NCBI GenBank assembly: GCA_021650895.1
Contig: CP091278.1
Span: 431,659-463,658, forward strand
Origin: Candidatus Jettenia sp.
Lineage (GTDB): Bacteria > Planctomycetota > Brocadiia > Brocadiales > Brocadiaceae
DNA: 32,000 nucleotides
Direction of reading: 5' to 3'
A program made the translations under genes and the position numbers. The notes below the pieces were generated by a model, which had not been told where the DNA came from, searched no databases, and saw only the letters and a program-made list of their open reading frames with translations. Shown in pieces: positions 24,489-32,000 of this stretch; positions within the stretch are counted from its first letter, which is position 1; each line of letters opens with the position of its first letter.

Positions 24489-25679
24489 TCATTCAGATTC
24501 TACCGTGATAAGCTCTGTAGCAAGACCTCTCCTCTGAAGATCGTGCTGTATTTCTTCACAGTAAATCGGATTCATTACAATAGCAATATCTGGTTTATAT
24601 TCTTGTAAAAAAACTGGGCCTACGATTTTATGTCCTGTCCCTGGCATATACATTCCATGTTTATATGGATTTATATCTACGACGAACTCAATTTCATCAG
24701 TAATATTGAGAGAAGTTAAAAACGTAACACCTTTAGATCCTGACCCCCATATAACAGCGCGTTTCCCGCTTTGCTTTATCTCCTTGAATTTATATCTCCA
24801 CCTGTCTAACTGTTTCCGATAATTTTGAGAAAAGTATAGCACGTCTTTTGATAGCTCTTCAAAATCATCTTCATCCCTGAAAAGAGTTCCATTCGTTCCG
24901 TTGCCGGGTCGGGCCTCTATCATTAAATATTGATCATTATAGTCCCTGGTAAGATTGATAACATCAAAACCACACATACGGAAGAGACGGGCGAGTGATC
25001 CCCGGCTGAAATAGGAGCAGTGCTCATAATAAATATCCCAAAACCCCAGACCTCGAAGGATAGGAATGACATCGGGGACCTGAAAAAAAACTACAGTATC
25101 TTGTTGATTCTCCAATGAACGCCGAACAGTTCGTACGAAATCGGCAGTAAGATGAATATGTTCCAAAGTCATCTTACAACAAATGAAATCACCGTGGTAG
25201 TTGGCATATTTTTCCGAGTAGAAATCTCGTATAAAGGTGATCCGGTCTCTCACTTCACTTTGATTTCGTTCACTGATATAACTCGGATCAAATCCAATGC
25301 CTCGGTTTTTACCTAATTCGCAAAGCATGGTTAAAAATTCACCTTTCCCGCACCCTATTTCGATTATATCTTTATTATGGAGATTGTGCCGGCGTATCAA
25401 TTGATTTGCCAGGTTCCGATGAAACGTGTTGAATGTAGGCGAAAACCCCTGAGTCTCTTCATATCTGGACGAATACTCATGCATACGGGGATCAAATGCG
25501 ACATTAGAAATAAACCCGCAGTTTTGACAAAACCCCAGTGCAATATCTCCTTTAGGATAATTTACCGCTATTTCCCGGCTTGGCATAAGAAGAACACTAT
25601 GAACAGGAACATTCTTCATCTCACAAAATACTGATATATCGCGCTCACCGCACGTGTAACAAATGTAGTTTGCTGGCAT
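24489..25679 (-). CDS. Zinc-ribbon + class I SAM-dependent methyltransferase (NDP-sugar C-methyltransferase family), paralog 2, ~396 aa
   Basis: CYTC...CQNCGF, IIEIGCGKGEFL, WDIYYEHCSYF, VIWGSGSKG...VVDINPYKHGMYMPGTGHKI. Collinear with paralog 1. I prefer the ATG at 25679 (MPANYIC): AAGGAG lies 11 nt upstream and overlaps the GTG used by the track. Confidence 0.75.
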   Translation of the reverse strand: MPANYICYTCGERDISVFCEMKNVPVHSVLLMPSREIAVNYPKGDIALGFCQNCGFISNVAFDPRMHEYSSRYEETQGFSPTFNTFHRNLANQLIRRHNLHNKDIIEIGCGKGEFLTMLCELGKNRGIGFDPSYISERNQSEVRDRITFIRDFYSEKYANYHGDFICCKMTLEHIHLTADFVRTVRRSLENQQDTVVFFQVPDVIPILRGLGFWDIYYEHCSYFSRGSLARLFRMCGFDVINLTRDYNDQYLMIEARPGNGTNGTLFRDEDDFEELSKDVLYFSQNYRKQLDRWRYKFKEIKQSGKRAVIWGSGSKGVTFLTSLNITDEIEFVVDINPYKHGMYMPGTGHKIVGPVFLQEYKPDIAIVMNPIYCEEIQHDLQRRGLATELITVESE

Positions 25680-25760
25680 TGTTTGCTTCACTCCTTACTT
25701 ACGAACGCTTTTTAATTGATGTCTGTAGTAAAAAAAGACCATTTTTCTTCGCGGTTATCC

Positions 25761-26585
25761 TCACATGCAGTACCGGTAAAAAATTTCCCGAGGTTGAAAA
25801 AAGCAATTCAGAAATTTTCCCTGTGATACATCATTGAGTGTAGGCCATTTCTTATCGGGAATAAGCCTTGTCATCTGTGATTTATATTCATGTAACGCAG
25901 CCCGCTTTACCTCTAAAGTGTCTCCTATATCAACAGAAGACCTAAAGTCTAAGAGTAAATGCAAATTTGCAAAAGGAATACTTCTTAATGTCCTGATGGT
26001 TTTAAGACGAAGACTCATCGGTACGGTGACCCATGGCCAATGATTCCAGAACCAGATGGGATACTCATATATCATAGTCTCCTTCTTGATCTTTCGAAGC
26101 GCTGCTGCCACAATTTTATTCGTTGCCCAATGGTCCGGAGGAGTTTCCCGGTAGTAAGGAATGAAGACCTTATCGGGCTTATGGTGAAGGAGGATATCTA
26201 TTACTTTGTCAGTCGCTATCGTCCGGTTTTCCCATAACTTTTTATCATCAAATTCAAGAAAGGTAACATTATCCTGCCCTACTCCCAGCATACGGGTTGC
26301 CTCAATCGCTTCTCTTCTCCGTATAGACTTTAATACGCTCTCTGAAATAAACTGCCGATGCGATTGAGATCCGTCAGTCATGAAAACAATATGCACATCT
26401 GCTCCTGCCCTTTTTTTCCTGATAATAGTGCCGCCGCAGCCCAACGTTTCATCGTCAGGATGCGGTGAGAAGACAACGGCAGGGCGTTTCAGCTCATGTT
26501 CATCCTGTTCAATCATAACGCTGTTCATAACATGTCTGTATAAACTGTGTATCAGTGATTTTGAGGATGTTTTACGCATGTTCAT
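25761..26585 (-). CDS. PIG-L/LmbE-family N-acetylglucosaminyl deacetylase, ~274 aa
   Basis: VVFSPHPDDETLGCGGTI and HIVFMTDGSQSH motifs. The probable start MNMRK (ATG 26585 or 26579) overlaps the GT4 gene's 3' end by 14 or 8 nt. The track ORF start at 26666 is probably an over-extension. Confidence 0.75.
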   Translation of the reverse strand: MNMRKTSSKSLIHSLYRHVMNSVMIEQDEHELKRPAVVFSPHPDDETLGCGGTIIRKKRAGADVHIVFMTDGSQSHRQFISESVLKSIRRREAIEATRMLGVGQDNVTFLEFDDKKLWENRTIATDKVIDILLHHKPDKVFIPYYRETPPDHWATNKIVAAALRKIKKETMIYEYPIWFWNHWPWVTVPMSLRLKTIRTLRSIPFANLHLLLDFRSSVDIGDTLEVKRAALHEYKSQMTRLIPDKKWPTLNDVSQGKFLNCFFQPREIFYRYCM

Positions 26586-27816
26586 CGATATTCTTATATT
26601 GGCACAATAATTTTTCAGAAATACGGTCCCAGGAGAAGAGTTCAACCGCTCGTTTACGCGCAGCACTTCCCATTGATTTTCTCATCTCTTCATTTGCCAG
26701 GAGGCGGAGAATGGCTGCAGCTAATGCAGGTGCGTCTCCAGGTTCAACTAATATACCTGTTTTATCTTCTTCTATAACTTCTGTCATACCACCAACCCGT
26801 GTTGCAACTACCGGCACCTCCGTAGCCATAGCCTCAACAAGGCTCATCCCAAAGCTCTCACTAAACGAAGGATTGACGAGCACATCCGCATTACGATAAT
26901 TGTTATGTAAATACGCTTGCTGAATATGGCCGGAAAAGGTTACCTTGCTTGCTATATCTGGACAAAGCATGGCCTTCAATTGTGAGAGATAATTTTTGTC
27001 ATAAAACCATTTTAAATTGGCCACTTTATTGTTATTGTGCAAATCAACAATAAATGACCGGGGAGTCTGGTCATGGGGGCCGACAATCTCCATCCGCACC
27101 TGCGGGCATTGTTTTACGAGTATTTGAAATGCCTCTAATAAAGTATGTAATCCTTTTTCCGGTGTTATTCTTCCAACAAACAGTAAGTGTTTCGCATCGT
27201 TATTTTTCTTCCCCGAGTCCTCCTCCGGGGCAAAGTGTTCAATATCTACGCCGTTATAAATAGTCTGACAACGGTGGGCGTATTCAGGAAAATGTCTGCG
27301 TATCTTTTCTGTGATATATTCACTGCATCCTACAATCAGGTCCGTCCGATCAAGCCTCTGTTTGATCATTGAACGGTCAAGCTCCACAAGCCAATCACAA
27401 TGCATATGCAGGATAATCTTTACTCCTGGATTGTAAGCCCGTATGACAGGAATAAATTGGGAAAAATTATGGACGTGAACAATGTCACATTTCTGTTTTC
27501 TGATATCTCTTGCCACTTTTATAACATACCCTAAATAATAGGTACGGGAGGCAAAAAGAGGACGTTTAACCGTATAGAATTGTGAAAAACGTTTTAAATA
27601 CCTGAGAAATCTATTTTCAAAAGATGTTGAAATGCGCCGATAGTATACCCCCCCGTCGAGTTCTTTTTTTTTCTGTAATTTACTGCTGTTCGCATAGACG
27701 ACAACATCACACGCCTTACTCAAACGGCGTGCGACTTCGTTAATCCAAATTGATATAGAGCCACCTTTAACAGGTGGACATTGATTCCACGGTTGACTGA
27801 CAAAGGCAATTTTCAT
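26572..27816 (-). CDS. GT4-family (GT-B fold) glycosyltransferase, 414 aa
   Basis: C-terminal retaining-GT signature NPSFSESFGMSLVEAMATEVPVVATRVGGMTEVIEEDKTGILVEPGD. AAGGAG lies 5 nt upstream of the ATG. Confidence 0.85.
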   Translation of the reverse strand: MKIAFVSQPWNQCPPVKGGSISIWINEVARRLSKACDVVVYANSSKLQKKKELDGGVYYRRISTSFENRFLRYLKRFSQFYTVKRPLFASRTYYLGYVIKVARDIRKQKCDIVHVHNFSQFIPVIRAYNPGVKIILHMHCDWLVELDRSMIKQRLDRTDLIVGCSEYITEKIRRHFPEYAHRCQTIYNGVDIEHFAPEEDSGKKNNDAKHLLFVGRITPEKGLHTLLEAFQILVKQCPQVRMEIVGPHDQTPRSFIVDLHNNNKVANLKWFYDKNYLSQLKAMLCPDIASKVTFSGHIQQAYLHNNYRNADVLVNPSFSESFGMSLVEAMATEVPVVATRVGGMTEVIEEDKTGILVEPGDAPALAAAILRLLANEEMRKSMGSAARKRAVELFSWDRISEKLLCQYKNIDEHA

Positions 27817-27883
27817 CTTTTCTCCTTTGTTTCCTCCTTATTTTTATACGAACATCTCTGAAATACTCTGGATCTTTCCACCA

Positions 27884-28762
27884 TCAACTTGCAAGCTTAA
27901 CCGGAGGTGTAGGGTATTCTGATTCCCGATAATTTCCCAATTTCCAATAATCTTCAGGTTTACCATAGTGCTTGAGAAATGCAATTGCATCTGGAGCTAC
28001 CATATCAATTACCCACTGCAGGGTATCTTTATCCCACTCCGGACGTTTATTTATCTGTCGTTGAAAGATTCGTTTCATCGGGTGCTTCATACTTTTAGGT
28101 AGCAATCCTATTGCCGATCGCAGTTGAGGAAGTTGTTTCATGGTGCGAATCATTTGTGTATTAGCAAGATTGCCGGATACATTACGCGGTTTCTCAGGGT
28201 TTGATGGTTGAAAGGTTGGGTCAACACCAAGAAACCGGAAACACTGATCGAGAACCTTATTTGGACTGGCTTTGAAATCCTCAAAGAACAAGACGAGGAT
28301 ACGGTCGTCCGAGAAATACTCGCGGTAGGCGCTGATCTGATGGAAATAGAGACTTGTATCAATATAGTAGGGAAATTGACGGAGCGCATCACAAAACCGT
28401 AGTGCAGGATTAACTCCGGCAAGGGTTGTATGGGTCCAATGAGATTCAATCCGTTCCAGGGGATGACGGACTATATAGATGAGTTTTGTATCCGGTATAT
28501 CATGGGCTATACGAATAGCGGTCTGCGGGAAAACAAGCCGCTTGGTGTATGATGCAGTACCCTCTCCGATGGCAATCTTATTATGAGCAGAAGAAAACAA
28601 CGATTCATACCATTTCCAACCCCGCTTGTAGACAGTATCTTTGCAAAAAAATTCTGGTTCTTTCGGTTTACAAATAAAGACCTCCGGATGATCTCCTAAT
28701 AACTCACAAAGACTGGTAGTTGCACTTTTCATAGCCCCAATAACAAGGAAATTCGGTTTCAT
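27884..28762 (-). CDS. PAPS-dependent sulfotransferase family protein, 292 aa
   Basis: 5'-PSB loop FLVIGAMKSATTSL and a 3'-PB-like block YIVRHPLERIESHW. Size and layout fit cytosolic carbohydrate sulfotransferases. CAGGAGA upstream of the ATG. Confidence 0.75.
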   Translation of the reverse strand: MKPNFLVIGAMKSATTSLCELLGDHPEVFICKPKEPEFFCKDTVYKRGWKWYESLFSSAHNKIAIGEGTASYTKRLVFPQTAIRIAHDIPDTKLIYIVRHPLERIESHWTHTTLAGVNPALRFCDALRQFPYYIDTSLYFHQISAYREYFSDDRILVLFFEDFKASPNKVLDQCFRFLGVDPTFQPSNPEKPRNVSGNLANTQMIRTMKQLPQLRSAIGLLPKSMKHPMKRIFQRQINKRPEWDKDTLQWVIDMVAPDAIAFLKHYGKPEDYWKLGNYRESEYPTPPVKLAS

Positions 28763-28827
28763 ACTGAGTCTCCTGTATTCCCCATAAGAATACCACTTAT
28801 GGAATTGTGTGAAGGTATACTAGTTAT

Positions 28828-30357
28828 TTATTGCACTCTTATAAGCCCATAACCAAATTTGATTTTATTATAAATACCCTTCTGTTGCAGCAGGTTGTTA
28901 TAAGCCCTCTTTATGTAATTTAATTCATTGTTTTGAAGGAATTTTACTAAATAGAGACTCAAAAAAAATACCACGATTAATAGAATCCTGAAAAGTACAT
29001 CAAAGAGCATATTTGACATTTGAAACGCCCAGGAACATCCTGTGATTACGATAAAAATAGAACATATTTTTAAAAATCTGACCTTCTCAAACGGAATGTA
29101 ATACAACCTCTGGCTTATAGAGTACGTTGCGAGCGTAATTACCAAATTAGAGGTAAACGATACAAAACCTGCCCCTATCATTCCGAATTTCGGGATAAAG
29201 ATAACATTCAAGATAATGTTTAAAGTCGCTCCGAAAGACATGATATACAAAAAATAATGGGTTTTTTTTGTTATATTTATCCCTAAAGAAAACATATAGA
29301 ACATACCATACGTAATATTTGCGCATACCAAAGGCAACACGACGATATAGGCACCCCAAAATTGCTTGCCGGCCATTAATTTAATGACAAGAGGAGTTAA
29401 AACAACCAGACCCATGCTTATCGAGCATAAAATAAACAGGAAATATGTTGTAATTATTTTGAAAGTTTGTTTCGCATGTTCCGTAGTTGCAATCTGAAAA
29501 CAATATGCGCCCCACGACATCATAAAGGGGCCGATAATTAATAACGTTACGATATTGGAAAACCTGCTTCCAATTGAATAGAGACCAAGTTCATGTGTTG
29601 TAGCAAACTTCTGGAGTAAGAATTTATCTGAAAAATGCATTATCCATGAGAAAATTCCTACAGGAATTAAGGGAAGACCAAATTTTAATAAATGTTTCAA
29701 TTTTAAAAATGAAAAGGTGTGAAAGAGAATATTTTTCGTTGAAACAAGATTTATGATAACTACAACAAGGGCGCTTATAGCATTTCCCAGTAAAATTCCT
29801 TTGACTCCTGTTTTTACTACTACAACAAAGTATACATTCAGCGCAGCCTGTAAGAAAAAACCTATCAAGGATACCGTAATGAACTTCATCGGTTGCATTC
29901 TGACTCTATACAACATAAAAGGAATTACCGACATTATTTGAAATAAGCTGGTGAATGCGATTATCTTTATAAAAGATGTCAGATGCGGGTCACTCTGGTC
30001 AAATAAAAGCTTACTAAATTGCTCTGAGAATATATGGAGAAGACCGCATATAATCATACTTGAAAATATCAGGTAATATTGAGACGTTCTTATTAATTCA
30101 GATCTTTTCAATTCCGAATTTTGTAATTCAGCCCTTGAAGCTCCATAAAACCGGGAAAAAGCCGTCCCCATTCCCTGAGAGCCTATAATGAATAAGATAT
30201 TGAGAGTAACCATTAATAATTCAAGCCGACCATAATCTGTAGGAGTAAGATACCTCGTATAAACGGGTAATAACAAAAAAACTACCATACGTTTTAAGGC
30301 ATCTCCCACTCCATAAATAATAGAGTCCTTACCTAATCGTTTTATATGATTTTTCAT
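28828..30357 (-). CDS. Wzx-like polysaccharide/oligosaccharide flippase (MOP/PST family), 509 aa
   Basis: Highly hydrophobic, roughly 12-14 predicted helices. N-terminal GKDSIIYGVGDALKRMVVFLLLPVYTRYLTP is typical of PST-family flippases. Sits in a glycan cluster. Confidence 0.75.
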   Translation of the reverse strand: MKNHIKRLGKDSIIYGVGDALKRMVVFLLLPVYTRYLTPTDYGRLELLMVTLNILFIIGSQGMGTAFSRFYGASRAELQNSELKRSELIRTSQYYLIFSSMIICGLLHIFSEQFSKLLFDQSDPHLTSFIKIIAFTSLFQIMSVIPFMLYRVRMQPMKFITVSLIGFFLQAALNVYFVVVVKTGVKGILLGNAISALVVVIINLVSTKNILFHTFSFLKLKHLLKFGLPLIPVGIFSWIMHFSDKFLLQKFATTHELGLYSIGSRFSNIVTLLIIGPFMMSWGAYCFQIATTEHAKQTFKIITTYFLFILCSISMGLVVLTPLVIKLMAGKQFWGAYIVVLPLVCANITYGMFYMFSLGINITKKTHYFLYIMSFGATLNIILNVIFIPKFGMIGAGFVSFTSNLVITLATYSISQRLYYIPFEKVRFLKICSIFIVITGCSWAFQMSNMLFDVLFRILLIVVFFLSLYLVKFLQNNELNYIKRAYNNLLQQKGIYNKIKFGYGLIRVQ

Positions 30358-30449
30358 TACCTGATAGTTATCAATTACTCGTATTGTACGCTAAGTTTAT
30401 TAGCGAATAGTTACCTCGCTAAATATTTCTGTACAGAAATTTCAATTCC

Positions 30450-30660
30450 GTTAATCCCCCCTAACCCCCCTTTAGAAAAGGGGGAAATGTGTATATGTGA
30501 TTTAGAAAAGAGGGGAATGATGGATTTTCTCATTTTCTGATCTGAAGGGAGATTTCCTTTTTTTCACTTTTTCTAAAACATTTACCATTTACCATTTCCT
30601 CCCTTTTTTTAAACATTCACCATTTCCCCCTTTTTTAAAGGGGGATTACGGGTGGCTCAT
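30450..30660. repeat. Cluster of C-tract/G-tract hairpin repeats (CCCCCTTT-N3-AAAGGGGG x2) and tandem ACCATTTCC(C/T)CCTTTTTT units
   Basis: Hairpins at 30466..30484 and 30626..30644. Imperfect direct repeats ACCATTTCCTCCCTTTTTTTAAA and ACCATTTCCCCCTTTTTTAAA at about 30590-30640. The 64-aa track ORF at 30346..30540 is translated repeat. Confidence 0.65.
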
Positions 30661-30702
30661 TATTCTTTACCGTTTCCACATTTTCGCTTAGTGCATATGA
30701 GA

Positions 30703-30759
30703 TTAAAGCCTCTCCCTACATCTTTAAAGAGGCAAGGCTAAAGCCTTGCCCTACATCTT
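30703..30759 (+). repeat. REP-like repeat, copy G (partial copy + perfect module 2 in tandem)
   Basis: TAAAGCCTCTCCCTACATCTTT followed by GGCAAGGCTAAAGCCTTGCCCTACATCTTT, ending 14 nt from the stop of the second rfbF-like gene. Confidence 0.7.
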
Positions 30760-30772
30760 TGAAGAAACGGGC

Positions 30773-31615
30773 TTACCCAAAAGCTGCTGTACCGACTGGC
30801 TCCTCAATGGGTAAAAAAAAGGTTTTTCTTGTTATTTGCGATTTCCACACTTCCCAGGGAGCCTCACCACGCGCATAAATATCATCAAGCCGCTGTTTAT
30901 CTTTAAAGGTATCCATACAAGCCCAAAATCCCTCATATTTATAGGCAAGAAGTTCTTCTTCTTGTATTAATCTATGGAAAGGTTCATGGTTTAAGTCTTC
31001 ACCTTCTTTTATATAATTGAAAATTTCCCTTCTAAAAATGAAATATCCCCCGTTAATCCAAATGCCAGATCGGGCAATTTCCTGTATTTCACTCACCATG
31101 CTATCATTTCTCATTGAGATAACGTGAAAGCTTTGCGTTGGTTTTATACAGAGAAGGCTCCCTATTGTTTTATGACGAGAAAAATTATCTATCAACTTAG
31201 GGAGTTCCAAATCCGTTAAACCGTCACTATAGTTAGCTAAAAATACCTCTTCTCCTGCCAGGTATTTCTCTACTGCCTTTAATCGCTGGCCAACATTTGA
31301 TTCTAACCCGGTATCTACAAAAGTAATTCTCCAGTCTTTAATATCATCGTTATTTAATAATTGTAGTTTTTTACCGCCTTCTGATAAGACAAAATCATTA
31401 GAAACACATTCATTATAGTTCAGGAAGTAATTCTTTATCACATCTGCCTTATAACCAAGACATAGGATAAAATCTTTATGCCCGTAGTAAGCATAATACT
31501 TCATTACATGCCATATTATGGGCCGGTATCCAACATTCACGAGAGGCTTGGGAATAGTTTCCGAATAATCTCTCAGTCTCGTTCCTAAACCGCCACAAAA
31601 TAAGACCACCTTCAT
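30773..31615 (-). CDS. RfbF-like sugar-1-phosphate cytidylyl/nucleotidyltransferase, paralog 2, 280 aa
   Basis: MKVVLFCGGLGTRLRDYSETIPKPLVNVGYRPIIWHVM...INGGYFIFRRE...FWACMDTFKDK...APWEVW is collinear with the RfbF at 23288 but clearly divergent, with a ~25-aa C-terminal tail. AAAGGAGAA upstream of the ATG. Confidence 0.8.
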   Translation of the reverse strand: MKVVLFCGGLGTRLRDYSETIPKPLVNVGYRPIIWHVMKYYAYYGHKDFILCLGYKADVIKNYFLNYNECVSNDFVLSEGGKKLQLLNNDDIKDWRITFVDTGLESNVGQRLKAVEKYLAGEEVFLANYSDGLTDLELPKLIDNFSRHKTIGSLLCIKPTQSFHVISMRNDSMVSEIQEIARSGIWINGGYFIFRREIFNYIKEGEDLNHEPFHRLIQEEELLAYKYEGFWACMDTFKDKQRLDDIYARGEAPWEVWKSQITRKTFFLPIEEPVGTAAFG

Positions 31616-31732
31616 TTGTGTTTCTCCTTTCGTATTCCATGTAGATACTAAATAACATGTTCAATTTTTCTCGTGAAAGCTACGGACAAGTTTTTTCCTT
31701 CTGAACCAATCCCTTATGAGAGATCTGCCCTT

Positions 31733-32000
31733 CTATACAATAGTGGGATAAGGTATTGGAATGATAAATTTTCCACCCCGGCGCCGGTATTCATCCTGTT
31801 GTTTTAAAATCTCTTCTGAAAAATTCCATGCAAGGAGCAAGACATAATCCGGCATTTCCTCCAGAAGCTTCGATGGTGAAAAAATAGGCAAATGATTGCC
31901 ACCCATATAACGGCCGTGTTTAAAGGTGTTCATGTCTACCACATAATCCACGACGTTTTTATCAATGCCACAATAGCTCATTAAGGTTGTTGCCTTAGCT
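31733..32000 (-). CDS. C-terminal part of a third Methyltransf_14-type (NDP-sugar C-methyltransferase family) protein, truncated by the window edge
   Basis: ...[45 protein letters not shown]...[13 protein letters not shown]...GGKFIIPIP matches the C-terminal domain of this family. The frame stays open upstream of the track's ATG to position 32000. Confidence 0.7.
   Translation of the reverse strand, partial: AKATTLMSYCGIDKNVVDYVVDMNTFKHGRYMGGNHLPIFSPSKLLEEMPDYVLLLAWNFSEEILKQQDEYRRRGGKFIIPIPYPTIV

Noticed and set aside
30346-30540. 64-aa ORF (…IPLIPPNPPLEKGEM…)
   Set aside because: It is encoded by the C-tract/G-tract hairpin repeats of the intergenic stack and has no RBS. This is a typical repeat-derived pseudo-ORF.
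14921-30759. Possibility that the recurring GTAGGGCAAGGCT...CCTAC palindromes are a CRISPR array
   Set aside because: The copies are scattered over 16 kb in separate intergenic regions with irregular spacing and variable architecture. There is no regular repeat-spacer periodicity and there are no cas genes.

Overview
AT-rich bacterial chromosomal window (composition judged by eye, not computed), densely coding and mostly on the minus strand. I found no rRNA, tRNA, CRISPR array, transposase or integrase. There are four blocks. (1) 1-8.5 kb is housekeeping and miscellaneous: a BlaI-like repressor, a CpsB-type PHP phosphatase, an SDR epimerase, rplM-rpsI, an unannotated 58-aa Cys-rich mini-protein with its own promoter and terminator, an orphan FabZ-like dehydratase, a HAD hydrolase, an alpha-glucan phosphorylase and lpd. 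(2) 8.5-14.9 kb is a six-gene minus-strand operon: dedicated ACP, FabZ, an active KS, a KS paralog with no catalytic triad, a CrtI/CrtD-like FAD desaturase and a B12-binding radical SAM enzyme. This gene order matches what I recall of the anammox (Brocadiales) cluster proposed, but never biochemically proven, to make ladderane (fused cyclobutane) lipids. I rate it the most likely carrier of undescribed chemistry in the window, and an anammox planctomycete is my best guess for the source organism (inference only). (3) 15-21.8 kb holds a lysine-rich hypothetical gene bracketed by repeats, queE-queC, and a compact exosortase module. The module is a 72-aa minimal PEP-CTERM substrate, an exosortase, a eukaryote-type UDP-sugar pyrophosphorylase and EpsI. 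It is followed by about 1 kb without convincing genes that contains a perfect 22-bp-arm palindrome. (4) 21.8-32 kb is a surface-glycan cluster: three zinc-ribbon SAM methyltransferase paralogs, two RfbF-like cytidylyltransferase paralogs, a PIG-L deacetylase, a GT4 glycosyltransferase, a sulfotransferase and a Wzx-like flippase. Its intergenic gaps hold several families of REP/MITE-like palindromic repeats. All family calls rest on motifs I recognise in the translated ORFs; no database search was possible.
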